A DNA stretch of 64,000 nucleotides from Hyalangium minutum (GCF_000737315.1 NZ_JMCB01000008.1:434001-498000); one strand, 5' to 3'. Shown: positions 37,608 to 47,983, counted from the first letter of the stretch. Notes: generated from the sequence alone by a model not told the origin. Numbers and translations: made by a program.

Positions 37608-38792
37608 TTACGCCCGGGCGAGCAGCCGCAGGCGCTCGGGCGAGCGGATGAAGAACGAGGACGTCCAGGCCACCTCCGGCTCCACCCGCTGGAGGCCCTT
37701 CCAGCGCGACAGCATCACCTCCAGCATGACCTTCGCCTCCAGCCGGGCCAGCGGCGCCCCGAGGCAGAAGTGGATGTCCTTGCCGAAGGCCAGGTGTCCC
37801 TGGGTGTCCCGGTGGATGTCGAAGCGGTCCGGATCCGGGAACCGGCTCTCGTCCCGGTTGGCCGATGCCAGCAGCGGCAACACGATGCTCCCCTGGGGAA
37901 GGTGCTCGCCGCCCACCTCCAGGTCCGTGGTCGTCTGCCGGAAGATGCACTGGGCCGGGCTTTCGTAGCGCAGCACCTCCTCCACCAACTGCGGAATGAG
38001 CGAGGGGTTCGCCCTCACCTCCTCGAAGACCTCGGGATGGTTCGTCAGCGTCACCAGGGTGTTGCCGATGAGGCTCGTCGTGGTCTCGTTGCCGGCAATC
38101 AGCAGCGTATTGATGAACCTCAGCACCTCCTCCGACGTCAGCTGGGCGCCCTCCACCTCCGCCTGCATCAGCAGCGAGATGAGATCCTCCTTCGGCTCGC
38201 GGCGCCGCAGCTCGATCTCCCCACTGAAGTAGTGGGCGAACTCCTGAGCCGATTTCTTCACCTGGGCCACGTTGCCCGCCTTGATCAACGACAGCGAGCT
38301 CACGGAGTCGTCTGACCAGCGCTTGAAGTCCCGGCGGCGCTCGGGCCCCACCCCGAGCAGCTCGGCGATGACGATCATCGGCAGAGGGACGGTGATGTCC
38401 TGCACCAGCTCGCACTCACGCTGACCGGCCACGGCCTCCACCAGCTCGTGGGAGATCTGCCGGATGCGCGGCTCCAGCTGGGCGATGGTGCGCGGAGTAA
38501 ACGCCTTCGTCACCAGGCCGCGCAGCTTGCCGTGCCGGGGCGGATCCATCTGCACGATGGAGGCCGAGGCGCTGCCCGGGCTCCGAAGCTCGGGCGGGAT
38601 GCTGGCCGTATAGCCCGTGTTCGAGAAGTGCTTGGAGTTCTGGAGCAGACTCAGCACGTCCTGGTAGCGGCCCACGCTCAAGAAGCCCGTGGGCATCAGC
38701 TTGCACACGGCGGACGCTCGGCGCATCTCCGAGAACACCGCGTAGGGGTTGCGCAGGACGTGAGGCGCGGCGACGTCAAAGACGGCGATCAT
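37608..38792 (-). CDS. Cytochrome P450
   Basis: DPPRHGKLR, IAGNETT, EEVLRYE (ExxR), FGKDIHFCLGA heme motif. Confidence 0.95.
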   Translation of the reverse strand: MIAVFDVAAPHVLRNPYAVFSEMRRASAVCKLMPTGFLSVGRYQDVLSLLQNSKHFSNTGYTASIPPELRSPGSASASIVQMDPPRHGKLRGLVTKAFTPRTIAQLEPRIRQISHELVEAVAGQRECELVQDITVPLPMIVIAELLGVGPERRRDFKRWSDDSVSSLSLIKAGNVAQVKKSAQEFAHYFSGEIELRRREPKEDLISLLMQAEVEGAQLTSEEVLRFINTLLIAGNETTTSLIGNTLVTLTNHPEVFEEVRANPSLIPQLVEEVLRYESPAQCIFRQTTTDLEVGGEHLPQGSIVLPLLASANRDESRFPDPDRFDIHRDTQGHLAFGKDIHFCLGAPLARLEAKVMLEVMLSRWKGLQRVEPEVAWTSSFFIRSPERLRLLARA

Positions 38793-38921
38793 GGGCTCTC
38801 CAAGCACAGGGGCTGCCACAGCCGCAGCGAACCGGCACATCCTAGCCCGCCCTCTCCTCCTGCGGGCCTCCCCCCCGCTGTCCCACATGCGCAGCAGGAC
38901 GGACTCACCTAAACTGTCTCC

Positions 38922-39851
38922 ATGCCCCTCCATCCACAGGCAGCAAACTTCCTTTCCATGGTGGCCGGCGCGCCGCCGCTCGACACACAAACCCCCGAGG
39001 AGAACCGGGCCGGGGTTCGGGCCGTCCTGCCACTGACCGGAGCACCCACGGCGCTGGCGGACGTCACCGACACCACGCTGCCAGGTCCGGGGGGCGCCAT
39101 CCCCGTGCGAGTGTACCGCCCGAGCAACGCCTCCCAGTTGCCCGTCGTGGCGTACTTCCACGGCGGTGGATGGCTCCTGGGCGACCTGGACAGCCACGAC
39201 TCCACGTGCCGGGACATCGCCCGTTACGCGGAGGCCGTGGTGGTGGCGGTCCACTATCGCCTCGCACCCGAGAATCCATTTCCCGCCGCCTACGAGGACT
39301 GCCTGGCCGTCACAAAGGCCCTGCTGGACGACAGCGCCGGCCTCGGCACGGACCGCACGAGGGTCGCCATCGCGGGAGACAGCGCAGGTGGCAACCTGGC
39401 CGCAGGCATCGCCCAGGCTCTGCGAGGCAGTTCCCCGGGGCTGGTCCACCAGGTGCTCATCTATCCCCTCATGGACGCGCGCCTGCACCCGACGGGCAGC
39501 TCCACGCAGTTCAGTGAGGGCCACTTCCTGTCCCGGCGTGACCTCGAGTACTTCGTGAACACCTACGCGGGCGCGGCCGACCGGCAGGACTGGCGCCTCT
39601 CCCCGGGGCTTGCCAAAGACTTGAGCGGCCTGCCAGCGGCGACCGTGCTCACCGCCGAGTGCGATCCCTTGCGCGACGATGGCGAGTCCTATGCGGCGGC
39701 GCTGCGCTCGGCCTCGGTTCCGGTCGAGTACCGGTGCTTCGAAGGCCAGGTCCACCCGTTCGTCATGCTGGGCGGCATCATCGACGCAGCGAACGAGGCC
39801 CGTCGCCTGATTGGCGAGCAGCTTCGGCAGTCCTTCGCTCGGGCCCCCTAG
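38922..39851 (+). CDS. Alpha/beta hydrolase, HSL-family esterase
   Basis: HGGGW, GDSAGG, ECDPLRDD, QVHPF. Confidence 0.95.
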   Translation: MPLHPQAANFLSMVAGAPPLDTQTPEENRAGVRAVLPLTGAPTALADVTDTTLPGPGGAIPVRVYRPSNASQLPVVAYFHGGGWLLGDLDSHDSTCRDIARYAEAVVVAVHYRLAPENPFPAAYEDCLAVTKALLDDSAGLGTDRTRVAIAGDSAGGNLAAGIAQALRGSSPGLVHQVLIYPLMDARLHPTGSSTQFSEGHFLSRRDLEYFVNTYAGAADRQDWRLSPGLAKDLSGLPAATVLTAECDPLRDDGESYAAALRSASVPVEYRCFEGQVHPFVMLGGIIDAANEARRLIGEQLRQSFARAP

Positions 39852-39910
39852 CCTATCCTGCGCCCCGTGCGAATCGCCGTTCTTCTCCTCTGTGCCGCCG
39901 AGGTGGCGCC

Positions 39911-40714
39911 ATGAACCGCGTGGGGATCGCGATCGTCCTGGTGCTCGTTGCGGTGGCTGCCGCCATCGTCTTCGGGCTCACCCGGGATCCTTCGTCTTTC
40001 CGTTCCAAGCAGTTCCTCATCACGGGCCGCATGCCCAAGGACTGGTCTTTCCGCGAGCACCCAGGTTCGCTGGGGTTCTCGGTCTCTCGAGCGCATCCGA
40101 CGGGCCGGTCGACGCGGAGCGCGGCCTGGGTGAAAGCCGTGATCGCCGACCCGGAGGCCACGCTCGAGTCGTGGCGGAACCGGCCGCCTTCGACGCATCG
40201 GGTGACCGACGTGACGATCGACTCCCAGCCGGCCATGCAGGTGCAGTCGCCGACAGAGCGCACCTACTACGTGAAGAACCACCGTGGGGACTTGCTCTCG
40301 ATCCGGTTCGTGGAGGCGACGCCCGTCAACGAGATCGACGAGTTCATGGCGAACCTGCGCCTGCTCCCCGGGCGTCCGGTGGATCCTGATGCTCGGTTCG
40401 AGCTGAGCGGCACGGTGAGCCTGCTCACCGGCAACTGCATGCCGCCGGCCGAGTGCAAGCCACTCGGGGTGCAACGCGAGGTCGTCGTCCGCGGAGCAGG
40501 ACCGAACCTCTCCGCGGGAGAAGAGGTCTCGCGCGCGCTGTCCGACCGAGACGGAGACTTCGAGTTCGAGCTCCCGCCCGGCCGCTATCACGTCTTCGCG
40601 ATCGAGGACGGGAAGGAGTGGTGCACGAGCTCGGGGCCATTCGGCCCGTGCGGCGTGCGGATCGTCGACCGGGACATCGAGACGTCGGTGGTCATCGATC
40701 GCGCGTCGCACTGA
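39911..40714 (+). CDS. Membrane-anchored hypothetical protein with C-terminal beta-sandwich domain
   Basis: N-terminal TM helix; SDRDGDFEFELPPGRYHV carboxypeptidase-regulatory-like motif. Confidence 0.75.
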   Translation: MNRVGIAIVLVLVAVAAAIVFGLTRDPSSFRSKQFLITGRMPKDWSFREHPGSLGFSVSRAHPTGRSTRSAAWVKAVIADPEATLESWRNRPPSTHRVTDVTIDSQPAMQVQSPTERTYYVKNHRGDLLSIRFVEATPVNEIDEFMANLRLLPGRPVDPDARFELSGTVSLLTGNCMPPAECKPLGVQREVVVRGAGPNLSAGEEVSRALSDRDGDFEFELPPGRYHVFAIEDGKEWCTSSGPFGPCGVRIVDRDIETSVVIDRASH

Positions 40715-40836
40715 GCACCGGGCGGAGGCATGCCCCCGTCTCAGGCGGCCCCAACATCGCGCGGAGAATCTCGTCCAGAGGCCGGACTCCAGGTACCGTC
40801 CCTTCGTTTCCTCCATGCCTGCTGAGGGTCTCTTCG

Positions 40837-41652
40837 ATGAAAACGGTTTCTGGGAAGCTCCTGCCGTTCCCCCTGGCGCTGCTGCTGGGCGCCTGTGCCA
40901 CTCCGGGCGCCAGCGGTCATGAGCCGTCGGGCGCCGGCAACCCCGCGTGGCTTGCGGGCGCACGCGTCGTCGAGCTCAGCCATCCGCTCACCCCCGAGAT
41001 GCCCCTCTTCCCGGGCGGAACGCCCCTCGGCGTGAAGGTGCAGGGCACTGTCGAGCACGATGGCTACTACATCCGCCACTTCACGATCGGAGAGCACTCC
41101 GGTACGCACGTGGACGCTCCCGCCCACTTCGCTCCCGGCGCGGCCACGGTGGACCAGATTCCGCCGGAGACCCTGATGGGCCCGGCCGCGGTGGTGGACG
41201 TCACGGCACAGGCGGCCCAGAACCCGGACTACGTGGTGTCCCCCGCGGACATCGAGGCCTGGGAGCGCGAGCATGGTCCGCTCCAGCCCCAGCACCTGGT
41301 GCTCATCCGCACGGGATGGGCCGCGCGGTGGCCCGACGAGAAGCGCTACCGCAACGCGGATGCCGCCGGGGTCCTGCACTTCCCTGGGCTCTCCGTGGCC
41401 ACGAGCCAGCTGCTGCGCCAACGGAAGGTGCGCGCCGTGGGCATCGACACCCTCTCCGTGGATCCGGGCACCAACGCCACCTTCGAGGAGCACAGGGACT
41501 TCCTCGCCGGAGGCGGCTACCACATGGAGAACCTCGCGGATCTCTCGATGCTGCCTCCGGTGGGGGCGTTCCTCGTCGTCGCACCGCTGTCCGTCAAGGA
41601 CGGCAGCGGCGCTCCGGCGCGGGTGTTCGCCTTTCTCCCCTCGAAAGAGTAG
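40837..41652 (+). CDS. Cyclase-family (kynurenine formamidase-like) metal hydrolase, lipoprotein
   Basis: Lipobox LGAC; HSGTHVDAPAHF; GIDTLSVD; ENLADL; GSGAPARV. Confidence 0.93.
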   Translation: MKTVSGKLLPFPLALLLGACATPGASGHEPSGAGNPAWLAGARVVELSHPLTPEMPLFPGGTPLGVKVQGTVEHDGYYIRHFTIGEHSGTHVDAPAHFAPGAATVDQIPPETLMGPAAVVDVTAQAAQNPDYVVSPADIEAWEREHGPLQPQHLVLIRTGWAARWPDEKRYRNADAAGVLHFPGLSVATSQLLRQRKVRAVGIDTLSVDPGTNATFEEHRDFLAGGGYHMENLADLSMLPPVGAFLVVAPLSVKDGSGAPARVFAFLPSKE

Positions 41653-41705
41653 GAAGCTCGCCGTGCCCTGGAGCCCGGTGCCGACGACGCTCACCGGCGC
41701 ACCCT

Positions 41706-42088
41706 TCAGAGGGCGAGGAACATGTTGACGCCGATCTGATCGCCATTGAGGGTGTCGCTTGTGGCAGGCGAGGACTTCCCGCCAGCAGACACCTGCTGCG
41801 CTTCATAGGACTGGTGAGCGAAGCGCAGATTGATGGACCAGCACAGGCTGCTGCACGACACATAGCCCCCCTCGGCCACGAGCCCCAGGGTGTCGCCGAA
41901 CCGGACGGAGGCATCCTGGCCGTCGAGCGACACTTTGGCCTGGGGAGCCATCACGTACTGCAGACCGCCGCCCAGGCGAACAGCGGAACCGAGCTTGACG
42001 AAGCCCAGCAGTTCCAGCGGCCAGCGGTCGAACTTGATGCCCCCATTGGAGGCCGTGGCGTCGTCTACGTGGTAGGAGATCGTCGTTC
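41706..42088 (-). pseudogene. 3' fragment of an outer-membrane beta-barrel-like gene
   Basis: Frame ISYHVDD..FDRWPLELLGF..RLGGGLQY..GLVAEGGY..GVNMFLAL has alternating beta-strand patterns and no own start. Confidence 0.55.
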
Positions 42089-42480
42089 AGGAACTCATTC
42101 CGCCGCTTCTGCGAGGAGCCCGCCGGGATGATCTCAAAGCCCCCGTTCGCGGTCAGGGCCTGGGAGAGGGCATTGCCGAGTTCCTCCTCCAGCTTGAGTT
42201 GCAGGCTCGCCTGCTGCTGGGTGAACGCCTGGGTCATGTTGGCGGTATCGGATGCTGCGACCAGCCCACCAATGAGGCCGAAGCTGGCCCCGGGGTGGTT
42301 CACGATGGTGACGCTGAGCTCCTCCGGACTGCTGAGCGGCATCAGCGCGATCGTCCGCACGTGCGTGTTGACTGCCTTGTCGTAGGGCTTGTGCGGCACA
42401 CTGGCACAGCCCGTCAACGCCAGCGCCGCGCACAGCGCGACGAGCCTGAGCTCCGGCTTGCTTCTTGAGAACTGCTCCAT
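42089..42480 (-). pseudogene. 5' fragment of a lipoprotein gene, joined out of frame to the barrel fragment
   Basis: GGGAG RBS; lipobox LTGC; natural sequence to RNEFLND, then nonsense-like text. Confidence 0.65.
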
Positions 42481-42557
42481 GGTCTCCCGCTGAGGTGATT
42501 CTGGCGGGCCTGATCAGGTGGCCCGCAGAGGGATGAGACCGTGAGCTGGAGAACGAT

Positions 42558-43046
42558 TCAGGGAATCGTCCTCATCCCGATGGAGCGTGGGTCCCGAGAA
42601 GAGAAGTCAAAGGCGGAAGAGGAAGGAGGGTTGGGCACGGCACCGGAATTCTGGGGGCTGGCCGCGCGGGTAGAGCCAAACCAGGTCACCAAGCCCCAGA
42701 CGAGCATCGAAGTCCCCACGGTCACGGGAATGAAGGACGCGACACAGGCCACTTCGGGGATCTGATTTTCGTCGCAGGACCCTAGCTTCCGCACAAGGCC
42801 CACAGCTCCATAGGCGCCGACCAGGCCCCCGGCAACGGCGGCGACATTGCCGGGGTGGTCGATGCCGGAGATCTCCAAGCGTGGAATGGGAACCACCCAT
42901 CCCGACTGGGTCTCGACGACCACCTCGTCCGGGTCGCTGTGTCGAATCTTGGCCTCGAACCGCCTTCCATCGAAGAGGGAAACCGTCGCGGTCGTCGAGC
43001 AACCGCAGAGCGCGGCCAGAAGCACCCAGGTGAGTCTCGTAGGCAT
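42558..43046 (-). CDS. Small lipoprotein with C-terminal hydrophobic hairpin
   Basis: GGAGG RBS; lipobox LCGC; two Gly-rich hydrophobic helices; 21 bp downstream of the CHAT gene. Confidence 0.8.
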   Translation of the reverse strand: MPTRLTWVLLAALCGCSTTATVSLFDGRRFEAKIRHSDPDEVVVETQSGWVVPIPRLEISGIDHPGNVAAVAGGLVGAYGAVGLVRKLGSCDENQIPEVACVASFIPVTVGTSMLVWGLVTWFGSTRAASPQNSGAVPNPPSSSAFDFSSRDPRSIGMRTIP

Positions 43047-43067
43047 CGCTGCACCTCCCCCATCCCA

Positions 43068-45767
43068 TTATTTCCGCGGCTGCTCTCGGGGGCCCGCCTC
43101 CAGCGCGCGCAGAGGGGTATTCTGGCCCACGACGATGAAGGGTGCCCAGTAATGGGGATGCCCATGGGTCTGCCGCAGCGCAAGCATCGCCTCACGCAGG
43201 GCCGTGGCGCGGCGGCCCTTCCCCTCGAGCAGGTTGCGGTAATAGTCCTCCATGAGCACACGGGTGGTCTCGTCGTTCACCTTCCACAAGCTCATCACCA
43301 CCGTCTCGGCCCCCGCCGCGACGAAGGCCCGGCGCAGCCCGTAGACGCCCTGCCCGAGTTTGACGTCCCCTCGCCCCGTGTCACAGGCGGACAGGACCAC
43401 CAGCTGGGTGCCCCACAGGTTGAGGCCGGCCAGCTCCAGGGCCGTCACCATGGCGCTGTCGGGGGGAGGCTTGGCGGCGCCGGAGCCTCCGGACGTCGCC
43501 GCGCGCGCGCCCGCCAGGACGAGTCCCGAGCGCAGCAACGGATCGGCCGGGCGCGCGGCGAGGGCGTCCTCTCCCAACGCACCAAAGTGGCCCATGGCAC
43601 GGGTGGACTCCTGCGTGCTGGGCTCCCCCAGGAAGAAGCCGTGGGTGGCCAGATGCAGCACGCCCGGAGCGGACAGGTGCAGGAGGCGGTCCTTGGTGGC
43701 TTCGGAGCCCAGGAAGAGCTGAGCGCTCGGAACCATGCGCTGGATGGCCTCGGCCTCCCCGCGGGTTCCAGGCAGCGGCGTCCAGAGACTCGCGCCCAGG
43801 TCGGTGCGCAGCGTGGAGAAGAAGCGCTCGACGAAGAAGGAGCGCTGCGTCGGCCCCGGTGTCTTGCCAGGGGCAGGCGGGACGGGAGCGTGGAAGTCCG
43901 GGTCGGCCAGGACGACCACCGACGGTGAAGGAGCCACCGTCCAGGTGCGCGGCAGCAAGTCCTTGCCGGAGGTGAGATAGGTGAAGTCGTAGGAGTCCAC
44001 GAGGAACTCGGCGCCATCGTGAAGCGCGGCGAAGGGAACGAGGCCCAGCTGCCCGTCCGGCGAGATGAAGACGTTGCGGGTGCGGCCCAGGGCCTTCCTC
44101 AGGGGAGCGAAGACGAGCCGGTAGAGCGCCTGGGCAGGAACCAGGAAGTTCGCGTCGCGGTTGGCCAGGGCATCTCGCAGCCGAGCGGCGGCGCTATCGA
44201 TGGGCTCGGCGGCTCCAAGCTCAAAGGCTTCGATGCTCCCGTCCGGGAAGAGAACCATCGCCAGGTAGCGGAGCTCCTGCGGGGCCTGCGAGCCCCCGGC
44301 TCCGGGCCCGCGGAGGATCCCGCGATCCATGTAGGCGATGAACTCGACCAGCGCGTGAGTGGGCGGCAGGGCCTCCGCGACGAGGCTGACCACGTCTTCA
44401 GGAGGAGGCAGCGTGGTCAGCGCGCGCAGAGGCGCGGAGCGCCTGGCCAGGTCCGCTTCGAGGGCATCGCCCTGGCTGGCGAGTTCCTGAAGGCGCTGCT
44501 GGTAGTCGGCGGGCGCCAGCGATCCGGGCCCCTGAAGCGACAGGGTGGCCAGCTGGCTGCGCAAGCCGCGCAGCCGCTCGAAGGCGTCACGGTCCTGGGC
44601 ACTGACACGCTGGTGGATGGTGCGTGAGGTATCCGCGGTCTCCTCGACGGAGCGGCCCTTGCGCAGGAGCGCGGCGGTGAGCGCCAGGTGCCGCACCTCA
44701 TCCTCGGTGGGCATGGCTCGCTGCAGCTCGTAGAGCAGCTCCTCCTGGGTGCGCAGGTGCGCCATGAAGGCGGTCAGACGGGACTCTGAGAAGTCGAGTG
44801 CTTCCCGGCGCAGGCGCAGCTCGGAGATGGCGAACGCGCGCTGCAAGAGCGGCAGGGCATCGTCCAGCCGGTCATCGGCCAAGCGCAACTGGGCCAGGTT
44901 GATGAGCAGATCGGCGACGTAGGGATGGTTCCTGCCTTGAGTCGCCTCGATGATCGCGAGCGCGCGCCTGTAGCGCGGCTCTGCCCTCTCGACATCGCCT
45001 TGCCTGGCGAAGATGAGGGCGAGGTTGTTGAGCGAAGAGGCAATGTCGGGGTGATTCTTGGGCAGAGCCCTCTGCTGAAGGAAGAGAGCGCGCACGGCGA
45101 GTGGCTCCGCGCGCTCGTACGACCCGAGGTTCATGTAGAGGCTTGCGAGGTTGTTGAGCGAGGCGGCGACCTGGGGATGGTCCTTGCCGTAGGCCGCCTG
45201 ATGAATGGCGAGCGCGCGTTTGTAGAGTGGCTCGGCCCGCTCGTACCGCCCCTGCTCCGAGTAGAGCCGGGCGAGGTTGCTGAGCACCACGGCGACCTGG
45301 GGATGGTCCTGACCGTGGGCCTTTTCCTGAATGGCGAGCGCGCGCTCGTACAGCGGCGCGGCGCGGTCATATGAGCCCTGCGCCTTGTAGAGAGAGGCGA
45401 GGTGGTCGAGCGAAGAGGCGATGTCGGGATGGCGCTTGTCCAGGGCTGCTTCCCGGAGCTCGAACCCGCGCTGGAGCAGGGGCTCAGCCTCGGCCGAGTT
45501 TCCCTGAAGCCGATGAAGCACCCCCAGCAGATCCAGACACCGGGCGGTCTCCAGATGAGTCCCCCCCAGCACCGCCTCCGTCAGCGCGAGCGCCTGCCTC
45601 CCGTGGATCAGCGCGTCGGCGTACCGGCCCGTCTCATAGAGCTTTGTCGCCCGGTCATAGGCCTCCTGCGCCTGCTCCAGCTGCGACTCCGTCCGTTCCT
45701 CTCCGGCCATGGCTCCCGCCGCGCAACAGAGGACAGCGGCCATCATCCACGCGAGCGCCTGCCGCAT
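43068..45767 (-). CDS. Exported TPR-CHAT (caspase-like protease) protein
   Basis: Signal peptide; repeated HP.VA.SL.NLA.LY..QG.Y..AEPLY.RAL TPRs; intact catalytic motifs LHLATHG and VLSACDTG. Confidence 0.93.
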   Translation of the reverse strand: MRQALAWMMAAVLCCAAGAMAGEERTESQLEQAQEAYDRATKLYETGRYADALIHGRQALALTEAVLGGTHLETARCLDLLGVLHRLQGNSAEAEPLLQRGFELREAALDKRHPDIASSLDHLASLYKAQGSYDRAAPLYERALAIQEKAHGQDHPQVAVVLSNLARLYSEQGRYERAEPLYKRALAIHQAAYGKDHPQVAASLNNLASLYMNLGSYERAEPLAVRALFLQQRALPKNHPDIASSLNNLALIFARQGDVERAEPRYRRALAIIEATQGRNHPYVADLLINLAQLRLADDRLDDALPLLQRAFAISELRLRREALDFSESRLTAFMAHLRTQEELLYELQRAMPTEDEVRHLALTAALLRKGRSVEETADTSRTIHQRVSAQDRDAFERLRGLRSQLATLSLQGPGSLAPADYQQRLQELASQGDALEADLARRSAPLRALTTLPPPEDVVSLVAEALPPTHALVEFIAYMDRGILRGPGAGGSQAPQELRYLAMVLFPDGSIEAFELGAAEPIDSAAARLRDALANRDANFLVPAQALYRLVFAPLRKALGRTRNVFISPDGQLGLVPFAALHDGAEFLVDSYDFTYLTSGKDLLPRTWTVAPSPSVVVLADPDFHAPVPPAPGKTPGPTQRSFFVERFFSTLRTDLGASLWTPLPGTRGEAEAIQRMVPSAQLFLGSEATKDRLLHLSAPGVLHLATHGFFLGEPSTQESTRAMGHFGALGEDALAARPADPLLRSGLVLAGARAATSGGSGAAKPPPDSAMVTALELAGLNLWGTQLVVLSACDTGRGDVKLGQGVYGLRRAFVAAGAETVVMSLWKVNDETTRVLMEDYYRNLLEGKGRRATALREAMLALRQTHGHPHYWAPFIVVGQNTPLRALEAGPREQPRK

Positions 45768-46450
45768 CACAACCTCCCGGCAATCCCGATGGTGGCCCCC
45801 AGTCCCTGCCTGGCCAGGGTCAGCACAGGAACGAAGCGAGGCGGAGAGGATGGAGCGCTCGAGGCATAACCATGGGACAGCCACGGCTCGGGCGCCGAGA
45901 GCTCGTAGCCCAGGGTCGCTCCAACGGTGGGCAGAAACAAGATGCCGGCGACCGCGAACACCCCGGAAGTACAGCTCCAGGTCTCGGAGATCTCGCACCC
46001 TTCGAGCCCGACCAGGGCCGAACCGGCGACGAGCGGCACAACGAGGCCGAGGATGCTTCCCAACAGGGTGAAGCCCAATCGGCCCCGGCCGTCCATCGCC
46101 CAGCCGGTGACAGCCACCCCCAGGCTGGTGGCCAGCACATCGAGTGATAACGGGACCGCGAGCTGCCCGAACGTTGGGGACTCGGAGAGGGCCAGACTGC
46201 CCACCGCCATGCCTACGACGCCTCCCCCGAGCCCCGCCAAGGACTCGATGAGGATGCGGCCAGCCGAGCCCCCCTCGCCGCTCCCGTCATGGATGGTCGA
46301 ATCCATGTCCGTATCCAGCAGGTAGGATTTCCCACGCTGGGAGCCAGGCAGTGCCAGGGAAGAAACTCCATCGAGGCGAGGGAGGATGGAGGCCTCCCCG
46401 CCCGGGGACAGGGAGGCAAGGGCGACGGTCAGGACGCAGAGCGTGTACAT
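45767..46450 (-). CDS. Membrane protein with glycine-zipper-like helices
   Basis: Stop overlaps the CHAT start (TGATG); signal peptide plus about four hydrophobic Gly-rich segments. Confidence 0.8.
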   Translation of the reverse strand: MYTLCVLTVALASLSPGGEASILPRLDGVSSLALPGSQRGKSYLLDTDMDSTIHDGSGEGGSAGRILIESLAGLGGGVVGMAVGSLALSESPTFGQLAVPLSLDVLATSLGVAVTGWAMDGRGRLGFTLLGSILGLVVPLVAGSALVGLEGCEISETWSCTSGVFAVAGILFLPTVGATLGYELSAPEPWLSHGYASSAPSSPPRFVPVLTLARQGLGATIGIAGRL

Positions 46451-46576
46451 GGCGTTCTCCCGAGGGAGCCCCGAAAGGCAGCAGGCGGATGGCATGGGCC
46501 GGAATGGCCCCTCCCCCCGGTAGAGCCAGTGACCTGGAGAATCATGCAGCCCCAGGCTCCAGAGCCCTCAGACCTC

Positions 46577-47545
46577 TCAGCGACGCTTGCTGGCCTTCTG
46601 CGTGGACCAGGCGAAGCTGTACTCGCGCTCTTCAACCTCCTCGCGCTCCTGGCCCTCCACCTGCAGCTTCGTCACCTGCGAGGTTCGGGCGCTGTAGGGG
46701 CGCAGCGTGGCGGCGTCCGTTACCACCTCCAAGGTGGAGACGCGGCGCGCCGACTTGAGCATCGCATTGAAGTCCGGCGTCTTGTCCGCGGGGCCTGCGG
46801 CCTTCATCATCTGCGCCATCACGCCCGCCATCCCCTTGCGGAAGGGCTCGCCCTCGAGGACCGTCTCCATCTCCAGGCGCACCGCACCCTTGCGGCCCGC
46901 CTCCGGTCCGCGGTGGCGCACCGTCACCTGGCTGTCCACCGGCCCGGAGGGCAGCTGCATCGGCACCGTGCCCGAGCGCTCCGCTCCAGCCGCCAGATCC
47001 GTGCCCACCCAGGCCCCCACCCACACGTTCCAGAAATCTCCCGCCTTCTGCTTCATCATCTGCGCCATCGACGGCTGCGAGAGTGCCGCGCGCATCTGCT
47101 CGCGCATGCCCTTCTCCTCGGGAATCATCGCGAGGGCCCGCGCCACGGTCTCCTCCATCCCCACCACATCCACCACCTGGCCCTCGGGCGAGAGCACCAA
47201 CGTGGGGATGGCGCCGGCCACCGCCGCGGCGGCCTTGATGTCCAGGGGCAGCGGGCCCTTGGTGACATCGCGCCCGTCCAGCTCCACGAACTGGAACTTG
47301 TCCAGCTTCAGCTCGTACCCGCCCCCCTGACGCGCCGACAGCGCCGCGTCGTAACGCACGACCGAGCGCCTGCCCTTCTTGAGGATGCGCTCGGTCACCG
47401 TCACCCGCGACGGCGCGCCCCAGGCGAAGCGCAGCTCGGGACCGGCCGCGAGGGCTTCCGCCTTCGGAGCGGCGGCAGTGGGGTCGGCGGCGAGAGCAGA
47501 ACTGGCTGTGAACAGCATCGCCGCCAGGAGAACGACGAAGCGCAT
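46577..47545 (-). CDS. Secreted hypothetical protein
   Basis: MRFVVLLAAMLFTASSALA signal peptide; strong GC3 bias; beta-rich sequence. Confidence 0.8.
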   Translation of the reverse strand: MRFVVLLAAMLFTASSALAADPTAAAPKAEALAAGPELRFAWGAPSRVTVTERILKKGRRSVVRYDAALSARQGGGYELKLDKFQFVELDGRDVTKGPLPLDIKAAAAVAGAIPTLVLSPEGQVVDVVGMEETVARALAMIPEEKGMREQMRAALSQPSMAQMMKQKAGDFWNVWVGAWVGTDLAAGAERSGTVPMQLPSGPVDSQVTVRHRGPEAGRKGAVRLEMETVLEGEPFRKGMAGVMAQMMKAAGPADKTPDFNAMLKSARRVSTLEVVTDAATLRPYSARTSQVTKLQVEGQEREEVEEREYSFAWSTQKASKRR

Positions 47546-47964
47546 CGGGTGTACCTCATCAGGTATCGAGTGGGTCCGCGCGTATAACACGGGTCCTGCC
47601 TCCCCTGCCTGCGCTGGGCTTGAGACTCCTGCGAGTTCGCCGGATTTGTCAGGGGCTTCTGTCAGCTCTCCCGCACTCTGGATGTAGCGGCTTTCGACAA
47701 CGCAGTTTCAGGAGTCACTCAATGCAAAGAAGCTCTTGGGGCTGGATGAAACGGCTGTTGGGACTCTGGCTGGGAGTGGGTGTGGGCAGCCGCCGGAGGC
47801 GCCGGAAGAGCAGGCTTCGCTGGGCGCTGCTCTCGGGAGCGCTTTCTCACGAGTGAACTCGGGGCTGAGTGGCATTGAGCTTTGGAGGGGCGTTTCGCTT
47901 CGGGGAGGCGCATGCGGGACGCGACATCTCCCCCCTTGCTACTTCCAGCTGTATGCCACGACCT

Positions 47965-47983
47965 GGGGATTGCCACAAGCCCC
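47965..47983. promoter_or_regulatory. 19-bp imperfect palindrome upstream of the monooxygenase (RAE-like)
   Basis: GGGGATTG-CCA-CAAGCCCC, 57 bp upstream of the ATG at 48041. Confidence 0.45.

Noticed and set aside
47578-47592. CGCGTATAA as a further IS91 terminus on the minus strand
   Set aside because: Only an 8-nt match to CCTATACGCG and no adjacent IS-like sequence recognised.
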